DNA from: a virus
Strand: one strand, 5' to 3'
IMG/VR virus record: IMGVR_UViG_3300009514_001427
Length of the DNA stretch: 28,737 bases
Shown here: in pieces, positions 22,734-28,737 of the stretch
How positions within the stretch are numbered: position 1 is the first letter of the stretch
Layout of the letters: each line of letters begins with the position of its first letter
Program-made: the position numbers and the translations under genes
Notes under the pieces: generated by a model
What the model saw: the letters and a program-made list of their open reading frames with translations, nothing else
Database searches by the model: none
What the model was told of the DNA's origin: nothing

Positions 22734-23672
22734 ATGACAAAGCAACGCAAAACAAAAGGCGACGTTTACCAGTGGATCACCGAACGAATGATCGCGGCAT
22801 TGGAAGCGGGAACGGTCCCGTGGCGGCGTCCGTGGTTGCTGATGAACGCCCCGGCGAATCTCATATCGGGCAAAACGTATCGCGGCGTCAATCTGTTTTC
22901 GCTCGCTATCGCTGGCGAAAAATACACTAGCCGATGGTGGCTGACTGCCAAGCAAGCCCGCGACCGTGGCGGTCACGTCCGCAAGGGCGAACGGTCGTCG
23001 ATGGTGGTTCGTCCGCTAGTCGGTGAGAAAACGAAAAACGGTCAGCCCGTACTCGACGCCAACGGCAAGCCACAAAAATACTTCGGTATGCGATACTCGA
23101 ATGTTTTCAACGTCGAGCAATGCGAGGGAATCGAGTATCCCAAGCCCGAAACCGGCAAGCCCGTCGATACGCTGGAAGTCTGCGAAAACATCATCGGCAA
23201 TTGGACCGATTGCCCGCCAATTGGTTACGGTGGCGACCGGGCGTATTATTCGCAAAGCGACGACCGTATCCAAATGCCAATGCGTGACACTTTCGAGGGA
23301 TCGGAACGATTCTACTCGGTCCTATTCCACGAATGTATTCACGCGACCGGACATAAGTCTCGGCTCAATCGTGACCTAACTGGACACTTCGGAACGTCGG
23401 ACTATGCCCGCGAGGAACTCGTTGCCGAAATGGGCGCAGCTTTCCTATGCGGCGTGGCGGGAATCGAATGCAAGACGGTCGATAACTCGGCAGCGTATAT
23501 CGCTAACTGGTTGCAGCGATTAAAAAACGATCATAAGCTAGTCGTCACTGCCGCCAAGCAAGCGCAAGCGGCGGCGGAGAGTATCCAAGGCATCGAAGCT
23601 CCGAAGTATGACAGCGAACCGCAAGATGGAAACGAGAGTGCCAACGCGATGGCACAAACCGTAGCGGCGTAA
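22734..23672 (+). CDS. ardC: ArdC-like antirestriction protein (N-terminal ssDNA-binding DUF1738-like domain plus C-terminal zincin metalloprotease, HExxH = FHECIHATGH)
   Basis: N-terminal …VPWRRPW…GKTYRGVNLFSL… and C-terminal HECIHATGH…ELVAEMGAAFLC are typical of ArdC/TraC1-N proteins as recalled from memory. Confidence 0.8.
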   Translation: MTKQRKTKGDVYQWITERMIAALEAGTVPWRRPWLLMNAPANLISGKTYRGVNLFSLAIAGEKYTSRWWLTAKQARDRGGHVRKGERSSMVVRPLVGEKTKNGQPVLDANGKPQKYFGMRYSNVFNVEQCEGIEYPKPETGKPVDTLEVCENIIGNWTDCPPIGYGGDRAYYSQSDDRIQMPMRDTFEGSERFYSVLFHECIHATGHKSRLNRDLTGHFGTSDYAREELVAEMGAAFLCGVAGIECKTVDNSAAYIANWLQRLKNDHKLVVTAAKQAQAAAESIQGIEAPKYDSEPQDGNESANAMAQTVAA

Positions 23673-23982
23673 GACTCACCACCGAGGCGGGCGGGTGCCA
23701 GACCAGTGGCACCCCGCTCGCCGCATACCTTAGACAGTGCCACGAGCATGGCACGCAAAGCGCGGAATTGAATAAGAACAAAAACCAAACAAAAAGTGTT
23801 CAAAATTTTTTGCAAATGACATACATTCTCCCACCCCTTTTGAACTTTCGGTTCCATATTTGCTCGCCGGGGGGTGTCCCCATCTGAAGCAAGCTAGCTG
23901 TGTGCATAAGGGGTATGGGTATGTCCTCCGGTGCAAACGCGGGTCCCTTTTTGCGTAGCCGAGGGTGCCCTGGCTGATGGTA

Positions 23983-24023
23983 CCAAAAAATAGGAGCCGC
24001 TCCATTGGTCAGAGACGGCTCCT
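23983..24023 (-). terminator. rho-independent terminator on the minus strand
   Basis: On the + strand the sequence reads ccAAAAAAT-aggagccg-N16-cggctcct. On the - strand the 8-bp stem is followed by ATTTTTTGG. Confidence 0.5.
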
Positions 24024-24156
24024 GGTGATGCTGCCACTCGGGCAGATGGGCTAGTGGTGTAGTAGGCAGTATGACTGGGGCTGGTGGTGATGTCAATAAA
24101 AAAGCGCGGATAAAATATGGCTGTTTTTGTGAAGTTTTCGCGGAAAATTGGCGTCC

Positions 24157-24184
24157 TTGACATTTCTGTGAGATGTGGTAGAAT
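24157..24184 (+). promoter_or_regulatory. sigma70 promoter P32 (TTGACATTTCTGTGAGATGTGGTAGAAT), leaderless
   Basis: TTGACA 24157-24162, TAGAAT 24179-24184, ATG 24191 (+7). Confidence 0.55.
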
Positions 24185-24190
24185 TTTGGC

Positions 24191-24814
24191 ATGATAGATC
24201 ACTCGATAGATGAATTGCGTGGCCACGCGGATTATCATGGCGTGAGGAAAATTGCCGATCTGATGTTGGATGATCCTCGCTTTATCGTATGGAGTGGTTC
24301 ATCTCATGAGGGTCAGCATCATCACGGTACTGGGGGATTGGTCACTCATGTCTCTGAAGTTGTACATATGTGCATGCTCTTGAAAAACGAATGCTATCCA
24401 GATCTGGATGAGAAGGTATTGTTCTTATCAGCTCTGTTGCATGACTGGGGCAAGCTTTGGGATTACGAGCCTTGGGATTACGGTTCCACAGCAAAACCAT
24501 TGAAGGCATGCGTGATAACTGACCCGAAACTAATCGATCAGCATACCAAATGGCGCGGGGCTCCTCACAAGCGGAACATTCATCATATCAGTCGATCTGC
24601 CATTGAGTGGAGCAAGGCGGTTGCTCTCACTGGGGAATGCAAAGACATTGAGGAGCAGGTCACTCATGCGATTCTGGCTCATCATGGTCAGAGGGCATGG
24701 GGATCACCAGTGGCTCCCAACAGTCGTATTGCATGGCTCTTGCATTGTTGCGACATTATAAGTGCTCGCATGGCAGATTGTGAAACGCTGGATTATCTCA
24801 AGTTCCGGAAGTAG
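24191..24814 (+). CDS. HD-domain metal-dependent phosphohydrolase, 207 aa
   Basis: The H…HHHG…H / LLHDWGK / ILAHHGQ motifs are consistent with the HD superfamily. Confidence 0.75.
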   Translation: MIDHSIDELRGHADYHGVRKIADLMLDDPRFIVWSGSSHEGQHHHGTGGLVTHVSEVVHMCMLLKNECYPDLDEKVLFLSALLHDWGKLWDYEPWDYGSTAKPLKACVITDPKLIDQHTKWRGAPHKRNIHHISRSAIEWSKAVALTGECKDIEEQVTHAILAHHGQRAWGSPVAPNSRIAWLLHCCDIISARMADCETLDYLKFRK

Positions 24815-25007
24815 TAACTACATCTCCTGGTTGCGGGTCCAGGAGGGTGACGTCTTCGACAGATGCTTGGGCAAACGTAGCTTCAGGGACAAGCGTTGTT
24901 TGTTTGAGGGTTTCTTCGATATCGGCTCTGACGGCTCCAGCGAGTCCGAGGCATCCTTGATCTTTCTCTAGTTTGACGGTCACTTCGTACTTAACGATTC
25001 TGCTCAT
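24798..25007 (-). CDS. hypothetical protein, 69 aa
   Basis: On the minus strand AAGGAG lies 8 nt upstream of the ATG (rc of 25008-25025). Convergent with the HD gene. Confidence 0.5.
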   Translation of the reverse strand: MSRIVKYEVTVKLEKDQGCLGLAGAVRADIEETLKQTTLVPEATFAQASVEDVTLLDPQPGDVVTTSGT

Positions 25008-25099
25008 ATCTGGGTCTCCTTTGAGGGGAAGTATACGACATGAGAGAGAAATGTCAAAAGGGGTGTTCTAAAAAATTTCGCGGGTAATAGAGGGCTGTT

Positions 25100-25771
25100 T
25101 TAAGCGTTTGAGGGGTGGTTTTGTCCTGTGTCAAAACGCTTTTGGGTGTGGCCGAGGATTCCTTCACGGGCATGGCAGAGGAATGAGAGTTTCTTACCAT
25201 TTTGGAGTCTTTGGATGATATTGAGTTTTTCTCGTTGGAAGTTCTTTTCCCACCAGTGGACGGATCGTCTTGTGGTGAGTAGGGAGAAGTCTTTGTAGGG
25301 GGTATTCTTGAGATACTTATCTTCTTCGGTTCCATCGCAATCGCTGACCAGAATCCAGACATAGCCTACCCCGACTCGCTTCAGTTCAGCGATTGCTTTT
25401 TGGGTATCTGGTTCTGGTATACGATCTAGCAGATGGGTACAGATCACGAGATCGAATTGGTCATCGGGGTATGGTAGTTCTTGAGCATTGGCTAGTTTGA
25501 GATCTACGTCTTTGATATCGACTTTGTTCAGGGCTTCTTGTGAGAAGTCTACGCCATGGCATTGGACTTGTGGTCTTGTATGTTTGACCCATTTGATAAG
25601 TTGTCCTGAGCCGCAACCGACATCGATCATGGAGTTAAAGGCGAGTGGTTGAATGACTTGTACGTACTCGAATGCTCTGAGTGGGCTATTGCCATAACTG
25701 GGGCATTGTGCATGTACATGGTCATAGAGTTGTTTCAGATCTGGTGGTGGTTGGTTTCTTTTGGTTCTCAT
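25100..25771 (-). CDS. class I SAM-dependent methyltransferase, 223 aa
   Basis: Motif I IDVGCGSGQL, HGVDFS and FDLVICTHLL. A TATAAT lies immediately upstream of its ATG on the minus strand. Confidence 0.8.
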   Translation of the reverse strand: MRTKRNQPPPDLKQLYDHVHAQCPSYGNSPLRAFEYVQVIQPLAFNSMIDVGCGSGQLIKWVKHTRPQVQCHGVDFSQEALNKVDIKDVDLKLANAQELPYPDDQFDLVICTHLLDRIPEPDTQKAIAELKRVGVGYVWILVSDCDGTEEDKYLKNTPYKDFSLLTTRRSVHWWEKNFQREKLNIIQRLQNGKKLSFLCHAREGILGHTQKRFDTGQNHPSNA

Positions 25772-25776
25772 ATGAG

Positions 25777-25799
25777 ATTATACACGAAGCGCGTATAAT
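25777..25799. promoter_or_regulatory. divergent promoter region with inverted repeat ATTATACACG-aag-CGCGTATAAT (9/10 match); each arm carries a TATAAT
   Basis: Seen directly. Face-to-face -10 boxes for the MTase (-) and the gene at 25819 (+). Candidate operator. Confidence 0.4.
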
Positions 25800-25818
25800 G
25801 ATGGGAAGGAGATTTGAG

Positions 25819-26508
25819 ATGCCACAAATACTTGAAAAGCAGCTTCATGCGGATGGTACTGAGGTTGAGGATATAGAGACGTTGAATCCAGCGGTGGAAT
25901 CGATGGAGGATTTCATTCGTGACAGTGGGTTGCGCATGGAGGTATTGCCAGTTCACGAGAATCCGTATCGTCATCCAGCGGATCAGGCTACGGCGTATCA
26001 TTATTCATGCAAGCTAATAAACGCGGAAAATAGATGGTTTGTTGTTTATTTTTCCAAGGGTCCTGGGTTGCGTTTGTGGCAGTCTCCTCCGGACGAGTTT
26101 GAGGCATCGGGTAAGCCGTTGCATGTTCCGTTGGTGAATGTTGGGACTCAGTACGATGGTCCGTTGCCTCCATTTGAGGGGGAGAATGCGGAATATGATG
26201 AGAACATTTACACTAAGTGTTCTGTACCTGCTCCACCGAATATTTTTGAGGTTTTGGATTGTGTAGCGAATGATTGTTATACGGTGGAGATCACTGGGGT
26301 ATTTGAGGGTTGGTGCAATTTGATGCGGGCTCACATTGACAGTATTCATGCCAAGAAGACTTTTGAGACATGTTCACAGCATCGTTTGAAGTTGTTGGCG
26401 TTGTTGGGTGAGGAGTTGTATCACCGTTTGATTCATGAGATGGACCGCAAAGTAGTTGTTCCTGAGACTGAAGAAGAAGAAGAAGAGGGGTCTGATGAAG
26501 ATAATTGA
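25819..26508 (+). CDS. hypothetical protein, 229 aa (C-terminal acidic EEEEEEGSDEDN)
   Basis: AGGAG at 25806-25810 precedes ATG 25819, in frame in ORF 25681..26508. Confidence 0.6.
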   Translation: MPQILEKQLHADGTEVEDIETLNPAVESMEDFIRDSGLRMEVLPVHENPYRHPADQATAYHYSCKLINAENRWFVVYFSKGPGLRLWQSPPDEFEASGKPLHVPLVNVGTQYDGPLPPFEGENAEYDENIYTKCSVPAPPNIFEVLDCVANDCYTVEITGVFEGWCNLMRAHIDSIHAKKTFETCSQHRLKLLALLGEELYHRLIHEMDRKVVVPETEEEEEEGSDEDN

Positions 26509-27034
26509 GTATACTCAAGCGGATCTGGATTACATTTGGGATTTAGCGGAGAAGCGCAACAATCCTAAAGAGGCGAACAATGTCAAGAGCAAGAAGCATG
26601 ATGACAAGAAGAGTGAGATTCAGGTCAATTATGACGGTTTGCACGGGGAGTTAGGTTTCAGCAAGCTCTCAGGAATTCCTATTAGAACAGATACAAGTTT
26701 GAGTGGAGAGGCTCCATTGGGCAGATGGGATTTCAAGCTTGTTAATGGGAAGACGGTGGAAGTACGTTATCGATGCAAGCGGTATTACGAGTTTGCATTA
26801 AACAGTGACAAGATTGAGGATTTCGTAACGGATTACGGGGTTTTAGTTCATCCTGGGGTTAAGCCTTGGACATTTCAGATAACGGGGTGGTGTACGCGCG
26901 AACAATTCGTGAAGGATCATCACGTTGACAACTTTGGATTTGGTGATCGTCTGGTTATTGCGAACATCAAGTTGAATAAGACTGGTTGGGAGATTTTTCA
27001 GAACCAGGACATGTTTGCTGGTATTGGCGTTTAG
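26495..27034 (+). CDS. hypothetical protein, 179 aa
   Basis: ATG 26495 overlaps the end of the upstream gene; AGAGGGG upstream. In frame in ORF 26456..27034. Confidence 0.55.
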   Translation: MKIIEYTQADLDYIWDLAEKRNNPKEANNVKSKKHDDKKSEIQVNYDGLHGELGFSKLSGIPIRTDTSLSGEAPLGRWDFKLVNGKTVEVRYRCKRYYEFALNSDKIEDFVTDYGVLVHPGVKPWTFQITGWCTREQFVKDHHVDNFGFGDRLVIANIKLNKTGWEIFQNQDMFAGIGV

Positions 27035-27321
27035 TCTTCTGGCAGATCAAGATCTCCATAGACGTCTTCCATTTCGTCTTTTGGGGTCCACTTCATAGCG
27101 AATTCGGTTTGACCGATTTTGCCATATCCAGCTTGTTCGGTCATGATGAGTGCTTGTTCTAAGCCATGACGATCACGCAAGACTTGCATAAACGTAGCAA
27201 TGATGAACAGGATGATATAGTCATCGAGTGCGCTGGGGTTTGGGAGTATACCTATTCCTGTAGGGAGTGTATGACTAGGATCATCATAGTGAAATGAAAA
27301 CGTCAGTTGTTTTTCCTGCAT
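27031..27321 (-). CDS. hypothetical protein, 96 aa
   Basis: Protein-like ORF convergent with the upstream + gene. Weak RBS. Confidence 0.4.
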   Translation of the reverse strand: MQEKQLTFSFHYDDPSHTLPTGIGILPNPSALDDYIILFIIATFMQVLRDRHGLEQALIMTEQAGYGKIGQTEFAMKWTPKDEMEDVYGDLDLPED

Positions 27322-27478
27322 TAGAGGGGAACCCTTCTCGCATGCCGCAAGAAAAGCAGTCGGCTCTCCATCTTGGAGATCTTCCCTGTGACCGACTGCC
27401 TCTCGTTGTGATCGCCTTACTGATAAGGATGGGCCAGAATTGAAGTTACGTCAAGGACAAATTGGGAAAAATTACATC

Positions 27479-27506
27479 TTGACATTTCTATCAAATGTGA
27501 TAGGGT
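27479..27506 (+). promoter_or_regulatory. degenerate member of the promoter family (TTGACATTTCTATCAAATGTGATAGGGT)
   Basis: Perfect -35 TTGACA 27479-27484 but a degraded -10 (TAGGGT). ATG 27513 lies 7 nt downstream. Confidence 0.35.
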
Positions 27507-27512
27507 TGATTC

Positions 27513-27998
27513 ATGTCACGTGTAGGGCTGCGACTTGGTTCTGGTGTCAAGGCTATGCACTTTCACGAATTGGTTGAACGATGTAAAAATCACAGGAGTA
27601 AACTCATGGGCGGATCGAATCAAGCCACCTGTCCACCAGCCTCAAAATCGCAGCCTTCCACTTCACCGCGTAGTCCTTCAACCGCGCCAACGGTTGCGTC
27701 GAACCCTATACGCTTTCACGAGAATACGCAACAGGGCGAAGTCCACTTCCATGATGATACAGCAGGACTGAAATGCGCGGTAGAAAATACCGTCTTTTTC
27801 GACAGATATCACAGATGGCGAGCCCAAATGATGGATGAGCTGACATTTGCTGGTCATGACGGGAGTGGTGGTCACGCTGCGGTAAGGTTAATCCCGTATG
27901 TTGACGATAATGGAGAGATGCAGGTAGAGATGTCTGTCACGAAGGCGTCTATGGGACAGACTGTTCTTGATCTTGATAAGATGGCATCGTATCCATGA
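27513..27998 (+). CDS. hypothetical protein, 161 aa
   Basis: ORF following the degenerate promoter. Confidence 0.5.
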   Translation: MSRVGLRLGSGVKAMHFHELVERCKNHRSKLMGGSNQATCPPASKSQPSTSPRSPSTAPTVASNPIRFHENTQQGEVHFHDDTAGLKCAVENTVFFDRYHRWRAQMMDELTFAGHDGSGGHAAVRLIPYVDDNGEMQVEMSVTKASMGQTVLDLDKMASYP

Positions 27999-28201
27999 AG
28001 CTCAACTTCGTTATCGTGATAATGATTGTGATTTTCGGTTCTTTTCTCATGGGGGTATTGCGCGAGAAATTGGGCTTTAAGATCACATCTGAGTTGTTTG
28101 GCGAGTTTAGTGGTTTCATTATCACTCTCGGATACATGATTTGGGGATCTTTCTTGGGCGTTACTTTGTGGCGTTCTGGTGGAGATGAGTTCGTTGGCTA
28201 G
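27995..28201 (+). CDS. small membrane protein, 68 aa, two predicted TM helices
   Basis: ATGA overlap. Hydrophobic stretches VIVIMIVIFGSFLMGVL and GFIITLGYMIWGSFLGV. Confidence 0.45.
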   Translation: MKLNFVIVIMIVIFGSFLMGVLREKLGFKITSELFGEFSGFIITLGYMIWGSFLGVTLWRSGGDEFVG

Positions 28202-28589
28202 TGTCTATCAAGAATTCTATTGTGCCGAGTCTGGTGGTGGTTGTGGTGGTTACATCACTGTTCGTCTCAACATGGCGTTAAATGGCGTGGTTGAGGTAAT
28301 TTGTCCGAACTGTGATCACAAGCATCAGCGGATGTTGAAGGATGGGGCATTGAAGGAGCAGGGTCGTCATACGGATAAGCCGACTCAGGAGTTGATGCCG
28401 ACGATAGCTGCCTGGAGTAAGGAGCCGAAGCATCCAGAGAGTAAGCGCTCTCGTGAAGACGGCTGGAATCATGAGCGTGATGCTCAGGTGATACCAGAGA
28501 TGACGCTGGTCGATTCAGATAAATCGCGGGGAAAAGGGATTCGTCCTTTTCTTTCTGATTTGTGGCATGAGCGGTTTGGAGGCAGATGA
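28185..28589 (+). CDS. hypothetical protein with CPNC…H.H zinc-binding-like motif, ~135 aa
   Basis: ORF 28179..28589 begins at GTG with the first ATG at 28185; the start is uncertain. Confidence 0.4.
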   Translation: MSSLASVYQEFYCAESGGGCGGYITVRLNMALNGVVEVICPNCDHKHQRMLKDGALKEQGRHTDKPTQELMPTIAAWSKEPKHPESKRSREDGWNHERDAQVIPEMTLVDSDKSRGKGIRPFLSDLWHERFGGR

Positions 28590-28737
28590 TTTTCGAGTAT
28601 GAAGGGACAGACCAGCATGGTGCTGTGGTACAGGGTACTATTGATGCTTCATGTCCCGAGGATGCTCTAGTCGAGATACGCAAGCTTGGTCACTTTCCCT
28701 TGCGCATTCGTGAGATAGGTGAGTCTGAGCGTATAGG
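28586..28737 (+). CDS. 5' end of a gene running off the window; N-terminus resembles GspF/PilC-type platform proteins (MIFEYEGTDQHGAVVQGTIDASCPEDALVEIRKLGHFPLRI)
   Basis: GGAGG at 28577-28581 and ATGA coupling. The pattern F-Y-x-A/G-x-D-x-G…G-x-I-x-A-S…A…L…G-x-P matches GspF/PilC N-termini as recalled from memory. Confidence 0.35.
   Translation, partial: MIFEYEGTDQHGAVVQGTIDASCPEDALVEIRKLGHFPLRIREIGESERI

Noticed and set aside
23697-23758. sigma54 promoters at the TGGCAC hairpins
   Set aside because: Only one of the two sites fits GG-N10-GC well, and both TGGCAC elements are halves of hairpin stems. Kept as a low-level note only.
1-28737. CRISPR array or IS element
   Set aside because: No short direct repeats with unique spacers, no terminal inverted repeats and no transposase-like ORF. 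The only repeat families are the promoter cassettes, the UTR module and the 12-mer.

Overview
The window looks like an early or leading region of a mobile genetic element, either a phage host-takeover or anti-defence region or a conjugative-element leading region. From position 1 to about 23.7 kb there are roughly 47 short genes, all on the + strand. Thirty-three near-identical strong sigma70-type promoter cassettes (TTGACATTTATTGCtcATGTGGTATACT) punctuate the window. Many fire leaderless mRNAs, with the ATG exactly 7 nt after the -10; others use a conserved ~40-nt leader ending AAAGGGAGCTAACAATG. Recognisable products are a RuvB-like AAA+ ATPase with no RuvA nearby, a GHKL-ATPase/HExxH fusion with a lysine-rich tail, an ArdC-like antirestriction metalloprotease, an HD-domain phosphohydrolase and a class I SAM methyltransferase. 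There are many small Cys-rich zinc-ribbon proteins and one paralogous pair. Several transcribed but non-coding stretches exist: two promoter-to-terminator units of about 200 nt that look like sRNAs, and 350-365-nt structured spacers. An 11-12-mer, CTGAAATAAGCC, occurs 8 times in intergenic positions. After ~23.7 kb base composition drops and gene orientation becomes mixed (HD, MTase, membrane protein, a PilC/GspF-like N-terminus at the window edge). No tRNA, rRNA, CRISPR array or IS element was found. All coordinates were counted by hand from the sequence and may be off by 1-2 nt.
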